Assembly: GCF_032116555.1 (NCBI RefSeq)
Contig: NZ_CP134949.1
Location: 1,364,001-1,428,000, forward strand
DNA: 64,000 nt
Source of the DNA: Halorarum halobium
GTDB lineage: Archaea; Halobacteriota; Halobacteria; Halobacteriales; Haloferacaceae
Direction: 5' to 3'
Positions 38,294 to 48,305 of this stretch are shown piece by piece (position 1 is the first letter of the stretch; every line of letters starts with the position of its first letter). The notes under the pieces were generated by a model. The model saw nothing but the letters and a program-made list of their open reading frames with translations, was not told the DNA's origin and ran no database searches. A program made the position numbers and the translations under genes.

Positions 38294-38798
38294 ATGGCTC
38301 TCCAGTTCGCGGACTACGGCCCCGGGGTCGCCTTCATCTTCGCCGTGGGCCACCGCTTGCGGTGCTCTTCCACGAACTCGGCCACGCCGTCGTCCCACTT
38401 CTCGTCTCGGGTGCCGAGGTGACCGTCCCACTCGGTAGGAATCCGAATCGGGACGTGCGAGTCGGCCGACTCCGCGTCGGTTACGGCGTCTCGGGCTACT
38501 CGTCGCTCACCGGACTCCGGGGTTCGTGAACTACTCCGGCGGGTCGCTCGGTCGTCGCGCTCACGTCGAGACGTATCTCGGCGGCCCGGCGACCACGCCG
38601 TTCCTGCTCGCGGTCACCGTGTTCGTCGTCCCCGCCCTCGACGGTGCCGCTCGCGTCGCCGCCTTAGTGCTCGCCTACTCGTTCGGAATCCAACTACTCG
38701 TCACGCTCGCACCAGTGGAGTACCCAGACTGGTGGGGCACGTACGCCGGCACGAAAAGCGACGGTCGTCGGGTGCTCGACGCCCTGCGGGGGGCGTAG
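38294..38798 (+). pseudogene. Frameshifted M50-like membrane metalloprotease
   Basis: HELGH, GGP and SDG motifs split across frames; shifts near 38350 and 38522. Confidence 0.65.
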
Positions 38799-39632
38799 TT
38801 ACTCGCTCTCCGCTTCACGTAGCTCCCGGTAATCCGGCAGGAAGTCGTCCTGCAACACGCCGTTTCGACCGCCGTCGACCGTCAGGTGCGCGCCGGTCAC
38901 GAAGCCCGCCTCGTCGCTGGCGAGGAACGCGACCGCTGCGGCGACGTCGGCCGGCACGCCGATTCTGCCGGTCGGGTGGATGCGCGCCAGTTCAGCGCGC
39001 CGCTCCTCGGACATGTCCGAGGTGGTGCGGTCGATGGCGACCCAGCCCGGGTTGACGGTGTTCACCCGCACGTCCGGGCCGAAATCGAGCGCCACCGCCC
39101 GCGTCATCCCGTTGATGCCGGCCTTGACCGCGTTGTAGGGGAAGATCCGCGGGCCGGTCGAGAACGCGTGGTTCGAGGACATGTTTACGATGGCACCCTC
39201 GTCCATGTGTTCGCGGGCGTGTTTGGCACAGAGCCAGTAGGAGCGGAAGTCCGTCTCGAGGACGAACGCCCAGTCGTCCATGTCGGCCTCGTCGGCGGCG
39301 GTGTACGTCTCCACGCCGGCGTTGTTGACGAGGACGTCGAGGCCGCCGAAGCGCTCGACGGTCGCCTCGAACAGCGCGACGATGTCGTCCGGGTCACGCA
39401 TGTCGGCCCGCACGAACTGGGCCTCGCCGCCGGCGTCCTCGATGGCCGCGACTGTCCCTTCGCCTGCGTCGGTCGAACGCCCGGTGACGACGACGTTCGC
39501 GCCCTCGGCCGCGAGCCGCCGGGCACAGCCCGCACCGATGCCCCGGGTCGACCCCGTGACGACGGCTGTTTCTCCGTGGAATCGGGAGGGGAGCTTCGTG
39601 GCGTCGATGGGGGAGTTGTCGATGCTGGTCAT
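38799..39632 (-). CDS. SDR family oxidoreductase
   Basis: TGSTRGIG, LVNNAG, YNAVK. Confidence 0.9.
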   Translation of the reverse strand: MTSIDNSPIDATKLPSRFHGETAVVTGSTRGIGAGCARRLAAEGANVVVTGRSTDAGEGTVAAIEDAGGEAQFVRADMRDPDDIVALFEATVERFGGLDVLVNNAGVETYTAADEADMDDWAFVLETDFRSYWLCAKHAREHMDEGAIVNMSSNHAFSTGPRIFPYNAVKAGINGMTRAVALDFGPDVRVNTVNPGWVAIDRTTSDMSEERRAELARIHPTGRIGVPADVAAAVAFLASDEAGFVTGAHLTVDGGRNGVLQDDFLPDYRELREAESE

Positions 39633-39734
39633 TGGTCGTTCAATGGGTCGGTCGCGGGGGACTTCACGTCTGCTACGTCTTCTGCGTCTTCTGATGCGTG
39701 ATTTTCGGTCGTGCCGTGGTTTTCCTCGGTCGGA

Positions 39735-39990
39735 ACGGCTCGAAAGCCCCCGGCTTCTGCGCTCGCGCGCCTCGCTGCGGTGCTTGCGTCGTTCGCGGGA
39801 CACGTCCCGCGAGCTCACGAGAGCAGAGCTCTCGTGAACGTCGTGCTTCCCGCAGAAGCCGGCCCCGTTCAGTCCCGCCCGGTGGGACGGTCGGGTCGTC
39901 GCGTGGGCTCCCCACGCCTCCCCGGCGGGCGCGGCTCGCTCCCTCCGGTCGCTCGCGTGGGCACCCGCCGCATCCCCCCGACCGTCAGCC
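39735..39990. repeat. Palindromic intergenic repeat, copy 3, with twin-hairpin cassette
   Basis: ctcgaaagcccccggcttctgcg...cgcagaagccggccccgttcagtcccgccc. Confidence 0.8.
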
Positions 39991-40060
39991 GGCCAGCGTC
40001 CCGGTGGACTACCGACGTCGTGCACGGTCGGTAGTCGGGGCAGCGACGCTCGACCGGAAA

Positions 40061-40108
40061 GCCGGCAGGGTGGGACTGGAAGGGGCCGCGGGGGCTTCCG
40101 AGGCGTTC
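40061..40108 (-). repeat. Minimal (empty) copy of repeat module A, inverted
   Basis: Reverse complement reads gcctcggaagcccccgcggccccttccagtcccaccc. Confidence 0.7.
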
Positions 40109-40221
40109 AGACCGAGACGAGCGACTGGTTCAGGCAGGTCGGCGCACGCGGGGGTTTCCGCGGTCGTCACTGGAGTACCAGACTCAGGCGCTCCCGTGAA
40201 CCGTCCGCCATCGCCGAACGA

Positions 40222-41370
40222 TCACCACTCCGCAACCGACCCGTCCGGCCGACGCCACACCGGATTGTGCCAGTCGTCGTGGCCGTCACGCTCCTCCAGC
40301 ACCTCGCGGTCCACCTCGATGCCGAGCCCCGGGCCGTCCGGCACCGGTACGAAGCCGTCCTCGTACTCGAACACCGAGTCGTCGACCAGATAATCGAGCA
40401 CGTCGCTCGTCTCGTTGTAGTGGATGTCGAGGCTCTGCTCCTGGATGAGCGCGTTCGGCGCGACCGCGTCGAGCTGGAGACAGGAGGCGAGCGCCACGGG
40501 GCCGAGCGGGCAGTGAGGCGCGACCGAGACGTCGTACGCGCCGGCCATCGCCGCGATGCGCTGGACCTCGGTGATGCCGCCCGCGTGGCTCAGGTCCGGC
40601 TGGATGATGTCGACCGCGTTCTCCTCGAAGATCCGCTTGTAGTCGGTTCGGTGGAACATGCGCTCGCCGGTGGCGATGGGCACCGAGGTCGAGGCCGCGA
40701 TGTCCGCGAGCGCGTCGTTGTGCTCGGGCAGCACCGGCTCCTCGACGAAGAACGGGTCGTGGGGCTCCAGGGCCGCGACGAGCTGCTTCGCGGCGGTCTT
40801 CGTCGCGCGGCCGTGGAGGTCGACGCCGACGTCCACTTCCGGCCCGACCGCCTCCCGGACCGCCCGCAGGCGCTCGGCGGCCTGGTCGATCGCCGCGGGC
40901 GACTCGACGCGCTCCAGTTCGGGCGTCCCGTTCATCTTCAGCGCCGAAAAGCCCGCGTCGACCTTCTCGCGGGCGGCCTCGGCGACGCCCTCCGGTCGGT
41001 CGCCGCCGACCCACTGGTACACCCGGACGCGGTCGCGGACCGGGCCGCCGAGCAGCTGGTGGACCGGCGCGCCGAAGTGCTTGCCCTTGATGTCCCAGAG
41101 CGCCTGGTCGATGCCCGCGATGGCCGACATGAGCACCGGGCCGCCGCGGTAGAACCCGCCGCGGTAGAGCCGCTCCCAGTGGTCCGCCACGGGGAGCGGG
41201 TCCTCGCCCAGCAGGTAGTCGTCCATCAGCTCCGCGACCGCCTCCTTCACGCTGCGGGCACGTCCTTCGACGACTGGCTCGCCCCAGCCGACCGTCCCGT
41301 CGTCCGTCTCGACGCGGAGGAAGAGCCACCGCGGCGGCACCGCGTACAGGTCGTAGTCGACGATTCGCAT
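40222..41370 (-). CDS. dgoD: Galactonate/gluconate dehydratase (enolase superfamily)
   Basis: PPRWLFL, GWGEPVVEGRA, FYRGGPVLMSA, DLHGR, PHCPLGP. Confidence 0.88.
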   Translation of the reverse strand: MRIVDYDLYAVPPRWLFLRVETDDGTVGWGEPVVEGRARSVKEAVAELMDDYLLGEDPLPVADHWERLYRGGFYRGGPVLMSAIAGIDQALWDIKGKHFGAPVHQLLGGPVRDRVRVYQWVGGDRPEGVAEAAREKVDAGFSALKMNGTPELERVESPAAIDQAAERLRAVREAVGPEVDVGVDLHGRATKTAAKQLVAALEPHDPFFVEEPVLPEHNDALADIAASTSVPIATGERMFHRTDYKRIFEENAVDIIQPDLSHAGGITEVQRIAAMAGAYDVSVAPHCPLGPVALASCLQLDAVAPNALIQEQSLDIHYNETSDVLDYLVDDSVFEYEDGFVPVPDGPGLGIEVDREVLEERDGHDDWHNPVWRRPDGSVAEW

Positions 41371-41407
41371 ACGCGGGGCGATGAAACGCACCACCAAAAG
41401 GCCGCCG

Positions 41408-41851
41408 TCACCGGAACGTCACGTCGAGCAGGTCGGCCGCGTCGCCACGGACGCGGCGATACCGGGGCTCGTTCCCGTCCCGCTCGACCGCGAACGCCTC
41501 GATCTCGATGACGAGTCGGCCCCGCCCCGGAACCGTCGCCCGCACGATGGGGCCGGTCGCGGTCACGACGACGTACGGCGGCGCGGCCACCGGCTCGGCG
41601 GGCAGCGACGTTTCGAGCGCCGCGACCGCGGCGTCCAGCAGCGCCGGCAGTCGACCGAGTGCGCCGGCCCGCGAGAGCGTGGCCCGCATCGGCGGAACGA
41701 CGGCGTCGCGGTCCGCCGTTCCACGCGTCCCCGTCGGTCCGTCCTCCTCCCAGCCGGCGGCGACCGCCTCCGCACGGTCGGCCACCGTCTCCAGCAGGTC
41801 GCCGTGCTCGGCGAGGATGCGTTCCCGGACGAGCGCGGCGTCCTCGTTCAC
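41408..41851 (-). CDS. Conserved hypothetical protein
   Basis: PVAAPPYVVVTATGPIVRAT segment; GTG start. Confidence 0.65.
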   Translation of the reverse strand: MNEDAALVRERILAEHGDLLETVADRAEAVAAGWEEDGPTGTRGTADRDAVVPPMRATLSRAGALGRLPALLDAAVAALETSLPAEPVAAPPYVVVTATGPIVRATVPGRGRLVIEIEAFAVERDGNEPRYRRVRGDAADLLDVTFR

Positions 41852-41919
41852 GGGCTCACGTGTCGCGCCGCGCCGCCCACGCGCGTCGGTGCCTGTCGGA
41901 AAAGCATCCGGAAACCCGC

Positions 41920-42705
41920 TTACCCGCCGAGGAAGTCCTGGCGGACCTGCTCGTCGGCCAGCAGCGCCTCGCCCGAGTCGACGTAGGCGTTCTCGCCGTT
42001 GACCAGCACGTAGCCGCGGTCACAGCGCCCGAGCGCCTCCTTCGCGTTCTGCTCGACCATCAGCACCGACGTGCCGTCGTCGTTGATGCGGTCGATGCGG
42101 TCGAACATGTCGGCGACGAGGTCGGGTGCCAGCCCGGCCGACGGCTCGTCGAGCAACAGCAGGTCCGGGTCCAGCATGAGCGCGCGACCCATGGCGAGCA
42201 TCTGCCGCTGTCCGCCCGACATCGTCCCCGCCGTCTGGCTCTCGCGCTCCTCGAGGATCGGGAAGCGGTCGTAGATGTCGCGGATCCGGTCCTCCGGGAC
42301 CTCGTCGAGGATGTACGCGCCCATCTCCAGGTTCTCCCGGACGGTCAGCCCTTCGAAGACGTTCTCGTTTTGCGGGACGTACCCGATCCCCCGGTGGATG
42401 ATCTCCTCGGGTGCGAGCCCGTGGATGGACTCCTCCGCGAACGTGATGTCGCCGCCCATGTACGTCGTCAGGCCGAACACCGACTTCATCACGGTCGACT
42501 TGCCGGCCCCGTTCGGCCCGACGATGGTGACGTACTCGCCGTCAGCGACGTCCAGGTCCACGTCCCTGAGGATCTGGAGGTCGCCGTAGCCGGCGTCGAG
42601 ATCGCGGACCCGCAACAGCGCGTCCTCGTCGGTCGTCGACTCGACCGCCGCCGTCGCGCCCCCTTCCGTTTCGGTTTCTGCTCCGGCGTCGGCTTCGGAC
42701 GCCAT
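41920..42705 (-). CDS. livF: Branched-chain amino acid ABC ATPase
   Basis: GPNGAGKST, MSGGQRQMLAMGRALM, LDEPSAGL. Confidence 0.9.
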   Translation of the reverse strand: MASEADAGAETETEGGATAAVESTTDEDALLRVRDLDAGYGDLQILRDVDLDVADGEYVTIVGPNGAGKSTVMKSVFGLTTYMGGDITFAEESIHGLAPEEIIHRGIGYVPQNENVFEGLTVRENLEMGAYILDEVPEDRIRDIYDRFPILEERESQTAGTMSGGQRQMLAMGRALMLDPDLLLLDEPSAGLAPDLVADMFDRIDRINDDGTSVLMVEQNAKEALGRCDRGYVLVNGENAYVDSGEALLADEQVRQDFLGG

Positions 42706-43547
42706 CACACCTCACCTCCGAGGTACGCCTCGACGACCCGTTCGTTCCCCTTGATGTCGGCGGGCGCTCCCTCCGCGAGGACCTGCCCCTGGTGCATGAC
42801 GATGACGTGTTCGCAGTTGTCCATGATGACGTCCATGTCGTGTTCGACGAGCAGGAACGTGTTCCCCCGCTCGCGCAGTTCGTGGATCCGTTCCAGTAGC
42901 TTCTCCTCCAGCGTGGGGTTGACGCCGGCGAGCGGCTCGTCCAGCAGGACGAGATCCGGATCGGTCAGCAGCGCCCGGGCCATCTCCAGCAGCTTGCGCT
43001 GGCCGCCCGAGAGGTTGCCAGCGTACTCCTCGGCGAGGTGGTCGATCTCGAAGAACTCCAGTTGCTGCCACGCCCGCTCGCGGAGCTCCTCCTCCTGTTC
43101 GATCACGCCGCCGCGGAGGCCGGGGAGCACCGAGTGCCAGAACTTCTCGCCGATCTGGGCTTTCGGCGCGAGCATCATGTTCTCGAGCACCGTCATGTCC
43201 TCCAGTTCGCGGGCGATCTGGAACGTCCGCACTAGCCCGCGGTTGGCGATGCTGTGGGTCGCCAGCCCGGTGATGTCCTCGCCGTGGAACCGGACGGTCC
43301 CGCTCGTCGGGCGGTGGACGCCGGTGATGAGGTTGAACGTCGTGGACTTGCCCGCGCCGTTGGGACCGATGAGGCCGGTCAGCGAGCCCTCCTCGACGGA
43401 GAAGCTCGCGCCGTCGACGGCGGTGATGCCGCCGAACGTCTTGTGCAGGTCTTCGACGAGGAGGGGCGGTTCCTCGCCGGACTCCACCGTGGCCGACTCC
43501 CTCGCCGCCTCGTCCGTGTCGGGCGGGGCGCCGGCGCCCTCACTCAT
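42705..43547 (-). CDS. livG: Branched-chain amino acid ABC ATPase
   Basis: GPNGAGKST, VRTFQ, LSGGQRKLLE, VEHDM. Confidence 0.9.
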   Translation of the reverse strand: MSEGAGAPPDTDEAARESATVESGEEPPLLVEDLHKTFGGITAVDGASFSVEEGSLTGLIGPNGAGKSTTFNLITGVHRPTSGTVRFHGEDITGLATHSIANRGLVRTFQIARELEDMTVLENMMLAPKAQIGEKFWHSVLPGLRGGVIEQEEELRERAWQQLEFFEIDHLAEEYAGNLSGGQRKLLEMARALLTDPDLVLLDEPLAGVNPTLEEKLLERIHELRERGNTFLLVEHDMDVIMDNCEHVIVMHQGQVLAEGAPADIKGNERVVEAYLGGEV

Positions 43548-45192
43548 CGTCGCCACCCCCGTCCCTCGCCGTCGGCCGAACTCCCAGCGGAATCGCCGCG
43601 GCCTCCTCCTTCCGGTGGCCGAGCAGGCCCTCCGGGCGGCGCTGCATCAGCCAGATGAGCAGCACCCCGACGAGGACGAACCGGAGCGCGGAGATGTTGT
43701 TGAGCATGAACGCCAGGAACGGGAGCACTTCCCCCTCGAGGAACGGCCCGACGGCTGCGGGGAACGTCGCGGGCGTCGTGTCGAACTCGACGTAGTTGAG
43801 CACGACGCGCCGCAGGAACGTCGGCCCGGTCCAGAGCAGCGAGGCGAACAGCGCCCCGCCGAGCACGCTGCCGGTGTTCGAGCCGGCGCCGCCGATGATG
43901 AGCGCGACCCAGATGTAGAACGTCAGGATCGGGCGGAACGAGCCCGGGTTCGTGTAGCCCTGGCTGCCGTGCCAGAAGATGCCGCCCAGCCCCATCAGCC
44001 CGCAGCCGAACATGAACGCGACGATCTTGAACCGCCGGGTGTCCTTCCCGAGCGCCTGGGCGACCTGCTCGTCCTCGCGGATCGCCTTCAGCACGCGACC
44101 GAACGGCGAGTTGCCGACCCGCACGAGCAGGACGTAAAACAGCGCGACGCCCCCGGCGAGCACGAACAGGTAGGCGATGTCGACGATGACCGGCGGGGTC
44201 AACGCGAGATCGAGCGTGAACGCGGGGAGCGGGACGAACCCGAGCCAGGAACTGCCCGGCGGGATGAGTTCGATCCTGAGCCCGCTGAACAGCGGGAACA
44301 GTACGGAGCCGAGCAGCGCCGGCTCGCTGCCGGTGCCCGCGCCGCCGTAAAACAGGATCCGGATCGGGTTCGTCGGCATCGAGATGCCCCCCGCGCCGCC
44401 GGTCCCGGTCTCGATCCCCGTGAACGGGACCGCGAACGTCTGGAACGTCTGTGAGGTGAGCGTGAGCCTGATGATCTCCGAGAGCGCCACCGTAACGATT
44501 GCGAAGTAGTCCGCCCGGAGCCGCAGCGCCGGCAGCGCGGCAAGCAGCCCGACGAGCGAGGCGGCGAGCACGCCGCCGAGGACGCCGATCGGGAGCGGCA
44601 GTCCGAGCCCCGGGACGCCGCCGACGCCGGCCTCGACGGGCCCGGAGAGGATCGCCATCGTGTAGATGCCGACCGCCATGAAGCCGACGACGCCGATGTT
44701 GAACACGCCCGCGTACCCCCAGTGGAGGTTCAGCGCCAGCACCATCATCGCGTACACCGCCGTGAAGAAGAACACCGACTGGAGCGAGTTGACGACGCCG
44801 TTGAACGCGAAGTCCAGCGCGATGGCGAACAGGAAGAAGCCGACCGTGACGTGGCCGAGCACGATCAGCAGCTTGTCCACGTCCGAGGTCATCCAGCGCT
44901 CGTCCAGCCAGGCGACATACGGCTCGGCCGGTGGCGCGGCGGCGACGTACAGCGTCCCCGCGAGCACGAGCGTGTAGAGGAAGCCGATGAGGCTCCCGCC
45001 GACCGGGAGCGAGCCCAGATCGAACGAGAACACCGCGAAGAACAGCAGCAGGCCGACCAGCAGGTGGCCGAAGGCGGTTCCCCACGCGACCGCCCCGCCG
45101 GTCGCCCACTGCGTGCGGAACCAGTCCCGGTACTCGTTCCAGACCGGCACGTCGAAGCGGCCGGCTCGGCCCGCCACGGGTTCGTCGCTCAC
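43540..45192 (-). CDS. livM: Branched-chain amino acid ABC permease
   Basis: LRLRADYFAIVT, SPFGRVLKAIREDE, RPEGLLG. Confidence 0.88.
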   Translation of the reverse strand: MSDEPVAGRAGRFDVPVWNEYRDWFRTQWATGGAVAWGTAFGHLLVGLLLFFAVFSFDLGSLPVGGSLIGFLYTLVLAGTLYVAAAPPAEPYVAWLDERWMTSDVDKLLIVLGHVTVGFFLFAIALDFAFNGVVNSLQSVFFFTAVYAMMVLALNLHWGYAGVFNIGVVGFMAVGIYTMAILSGPVEAGVGGVPGLGLPLPIGVLGGVLAASLVGLLAALPALRLRADYFAIVTVALSEIIRLTLTSQTFQTFAVPFTGIETGTGGAGGISMPTNPIRILFYGGAGTGSEPALLGSVLFPLFSGLRIELIPPGSSWLGFVPLPAFTLDLALTPPVIVDIAYLFVLAGGVALFYVLLVRVGNSPFGRVLKAIREDEQVAQALGKDTRRFKIVAFMFGCGLMGLGGIFWHGSQGYTNPGSFRPILTFYIWVALIIGGAGSNTGSVLGGALFASLLWTGPTFLRRVVLNYVEFDTTPATFPAAVGPFLEGEVLPFLAFMLNNISALRFVLVGVLLIWLMQRRPEGLLGHRKEEAAAIPLGVRPTARDGGGDDE

Positions 45193-45238
45193 GAGTCCGC
45201 ACCCCCGTTCGGACGGGCGTGGAGTGGCCGGCCGGCTC

Positions 45239-46342
45239 TCATGCCGTCGTCACCCCCGAGAAGATGCCCTCCGGCTTGAACAGCAGCACGAAGATCATCA
45301 CCGCGAAGGCGGCGACCGTGGAGAACTCGTTGGGGATCCAGACCAGCGAGAGGTTCTGTGCGACGCCCATGACGATCCCGCCGAACATCGCCCCGTAGAT
45401 GGAGCCGATGCCGCCGAGGATCACCGCCGCGAAGATGAGCAACAACAGCAGCCAGCCGAACTGGAAGTTCATCGTCCCGCGCTCCAGCGCGATGAGGAAG
45501 CCGCCCGCGCCGGCGAGGCCGGCGCCGATGACCCAGGTGAACCGGATGACGCGCTCGGTCGGGATGCCCGTGATCCGGGCGAGGTCCTCGTTGTCGGCCA
45601 TCGCACGCATCGCCTTCCCGAGTTTCGTCCGCTGGAGCAGGAAGTGGAGCCCGAGCATCAGCCCGCCCGCGATGACGACGAGCGTGAGCTGGTGTGCGCC
45701 GACGTCGATCACGCCGCTCCCGACCGCGAACGAGAACTCGGGTGCGGCCTGGGAGTTCGTCAGCCCCCGCGTCCGCCCGCTGAACACGATGAAGATGACG
45801 TACCGGAGCGCGAGCGCGACGCCGATGGAGGCGATGAGCAGCGAGATTCCCTCCTCGCCGCGCATCGGCCTGTAGACGACGCGGTCGATGGCGAGCGAGA
45901 GCAGGATCGTCGCCGCCCCGGCGACCAGCACGCCGGCGATGATCGCCAGCGGCGTCGTGGCGATGGAGACGCCGAGTTCCCGCGTCGAGACCTGTCCGAT
46001 GACCAGCAGCGTCGTGAGATCGAACTGACCGAAGCCGGCGATGAGCCACGTCACCGCCCAGCCGGCGAAGGCGCCGCTGGTGACGTAATCGCCGTGGCTG
46101 AAGTTCGCGAAGTTCAGAATGCTGTACGTCATCGACAGGCCCACGCCCGCGAGCCCGATGGACAGGCCGACGACGAGTCCCTCCCACAGATAGCCGACCA
46201 GCGTGGCGGCACCGAGGCCGCCCGTCGCCAGCCGTCGCAGGAGGTCCACAAACAAGATTCCACAGAGCACCGCGGTCACGATGACCGGAAGCCGGTCACC
46301 GAGAGCGCGACGTCCGCGCGAGTAGGAGTCGCTAATACTCAT
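45239..46342 (-). CDS. livH: Branched-chain amino acid ABC permease
   Basis: FANFSHGD, TKLGKAMRAMADN, ILGGIGS. Confidence 0.88.
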   Translation of the reverse strand: MSISDSYSRGRRALGDRLPVIVTAVLCGILFVDLLRRLATGGLGAATLVGYLWEGLVVGLSIGLAGVGLSMTYSILNFANFSHGDYVTSGAFAGWAVTWLIAGFGQFDLTTLLVIGQVSTRELGVSIATTPLAIIAGVLVAGAATILLSLAIDRVVYRPMRGEEGISLLIASIGVALALRYVIFIVFSGRTRGLTNSQAAPEFSFAVGSGVIDVGAHQLTLVVIAGGLMLGLHFLLQRTKLGKAMRAMADNEDLARITGIPTERVIRFTWVIGAGLAGAGGFLIALERGTMNFQFGWLLLLLIFAAVILGGIGSIYGAMFGGIVMGVAQNLSLVWIPNEFSTVAAFAVMIFVLLFKPEGIFSGVTTA

Positions 46343-46516
46343 TGTGATTCCCTCTCACAGAATCGGGGTCCTTTGAGGGAGTTAAAGGTTCCCTCACGCG
46401 GGCGCGAACATGAAAAGGTCGCCGACGAACGTTCCCACGGATCCACGCTCGATGGACGGTTCCCGCACGTCCGGGACCCCACAAGGACCAAGCGCCGCGC
46501 CCCCGTGGAGGTCGGC

Positions 46517-47017
46517 ATGGACGGCGTCACCATCGAGGCAGCGACGATGGAGGACGCTGATCGGCTGACCGACATGTGGGTGTCGCTCGCGGCCGGCCAG
46601 CGCGCCCACGGCTCCTCGCTCCGCGCGGACGCCAACCGGGCGGTCGCCCGCGACGCGGTGGCCCGCCACGTCGTGGCCGGCGGCCTCCTGCTCGCGCGTG
46701 GGTCGGACGGGATCTGCGGGTTCGTCATGTTCGGCCCCGAGACGGGCAGTTACGAGCAGGACGTCGAACGCGGCGTCATCAGGAACCTCTACGTTCGCCC
46801 GGCGGACCGCGACCGGGGCATCGGCTCCCGGTTGCTCGCGGCCGCCGAGGCGACCCTCGCGGACGAGGGCGCGGACGTCGCCTCGCTGGAGGCGATGGCC
46901 GCCAACGAGGACGCGCGCCGGTTCTACGACCGGGCGGGCTACGAGGAGCACCGGATCGAACTGGAGAAGCCGCTGGGGGCGGCTGAAAGCGATACCGATT
47001 CAAAGGAGGGGGAGTAA
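46517..47017 (+). CDS. GNAT family N-acetyltransferase
   Basis: LYVRPADRDRGIGSRLL and NEDARRFYDRAGY. Confidence 0.88.
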   Translation: MDGVTIEAATMEDADRLTDMWVSLAAGQRAHGSSLRADANRAVARDAVARHVVAGGLLLARGSDGICGFVMFGPETGSYEQDVERGVIRNLYVRPADRDRGIGSRLLAAAEATLADEGADVASLEAMAANEDARRFYDRAGYEEHRIELEKPLGAAESDTDSKEGE

Positions 47018-47028
47018 TCGCCGACTGC

Positions 47029-47102
47029 GCCGGGGGAGCATGGGCGGTGCATGCACTCGACTTGTAATCGAGACTTCGCGGGTTCGAATCCCGCCCCCGG
47101 CT
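47029..47102 (+). tRNA. tRNA-Thr(UGU)
   Basis: Acceptor GCCGGGG/CCCCGGC, D-stem GCAT/ATGC, anticodon arm CTCGA-CTTGTAA-TCGAG, T-arm GCGGG-TTCGAAT-CCCGC, U73; CCA not encoded. Confidence 0.93.
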
Positions 47103-47175
47103 TCCGTCCTCCGGTGCGGATCCGGGATCGATCCCTCGTTCCGGTTTTGAACCGGGGCTCCCAGCACCACGGGAC

Positions 47176-48096
47176 CTATTCGACCGTGAGCGACAGGTCG
47201 GCATCGATTCGGAGCCGCGACTCCCCGTCCGGCCCGGCGTAGGTGACCGTCGGCTCCGTGGCGTCGAGAACCGAGAACTCCCTCGTCATGGCGACGCCGA
47301 ACCGTTCCCACGCCGACGTCTTCCGCCCGTTGTGGTTGAGCAGGTCGAACACGGCGGGGTGGCGCGTGTGGGTGAGCAACGGGGGCGAGACGCGATCGAA
47401 CCCGCAGACGAGACAGCCGAGTTCGGCGACCGCGCCGATCCCGAGGTTACAGTGGGGACACAGCGACTCGACGTCGCCCTCGTGTTCGTGACAGACGACG
47501 AGTCGACACTCGCTCTCGCTGCCACACTCCGGGCACGTGTCGGCGGCGAGCATGCCGACCTCCCGTTCGAACCGGTCGTGTACCAGTTCGAGCACCTCGT
47601 TCGGGCCGCGATCCGTGAGGCCCGCAGGGGGGTACACGAGCGCCGAGAGCGTCCCCGGCGGCGTGTAAGTCAGGTTCAGCGTGCCCGCGCAGTCCCGACA
47701 ACGCGTGAACACGTGCTCGTTCCGATAGGAGACCGTCACCTCCCCGCCGCATGCGAAGCAGGCGGCGTCAGTGGCGATCGGGCCGAACCGCGGATCGTCC
47801 GTGAACGTGCCGCTCAGCACCGACCGAACGACCGTCCTGCCGGCCTGCCGCATCGCGTACCCGCCGTCGACCTTCTCGACGAACTGGCCCCTGAGCCGGC
47901 TCAGATGGTAGTTGAACTTGCCGCTGTCGGGCTCCCCGACGGCGTCCTGCAGCTCGGAGTAGGTGATCGCGCTCCGCTCACGCCCGACGCGTTCGGTGGC
48001 TTCATAGAGGGAAAACAGGATGGCGAGCCGGAGCTCGTCGCCCAGCAGGGCGAACGCGGACTGCGGGGAGAGGCCCTCCTCGCCGGCGTGGTCCAT
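47176..48096 (-). CDS. ArsR-like wHTH regulator with multiple CxxC motifs
   Basis: AFALLGDELRLAIL, DSGKFNYHLSRL, several CxxC pairs. Confidence 0.8.
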   Translation of the reverse strand: MDHAGEEGLSPQSAFALLGDELRLAILFSLYEATERVGRERSAITYSELQDAVGEPDSGKFNYHLSRLRGQFVEKVDGGYAMRQAGRTVVRSVLSGTFTDDPRFGPIATDAACFACGGEVTVSYRNEHVFTRCRDCAGTLNLTYTPPGTLSALVYPPAGLTDRGPNEVLELVHDRFEREVGMLAADTCPECGSESECRLVVCHEHEGDVESLCPHCNLGIGAVAELGCLVCGFDRVSPPLLTHTRHPAVFDLLNHNGRKTSAWERFGVAMTREFSVLDATEPTVTYAGPDGESRLRIDADLSLTVE

Positions 48097-48305
48097 GCGA
48101 ACGGGTACGACCAGCGTCCGGAAAACGTTGTTCAAAATTGACAGCGTTCTCGAACTGAATCAACACCCGTCGCTTCGACGGAATCTCGCGGTCTCACGCC
48201 GCGCCCCCGACGCGTGTGGCGGTTCCGGCTCACGAGCGAACATGTGCGGTCCGGTCGGCCCGGACGACGGCCGGGCTTATCCCTGAGCGGCCCCTCCGAT
48301 GGGGT

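Noticed and set aside
41920..41940. C-terminal GG of LivF as a SAMP/ubiquitin-like signal
   Set aside because: A (Y/F)LGG ending is normal for LivF-family ATPases
47102..48300. Integrated element at tRNA-Thr
   Set aside because: No integrase and no duplicated tRNA 3' end seen in the window
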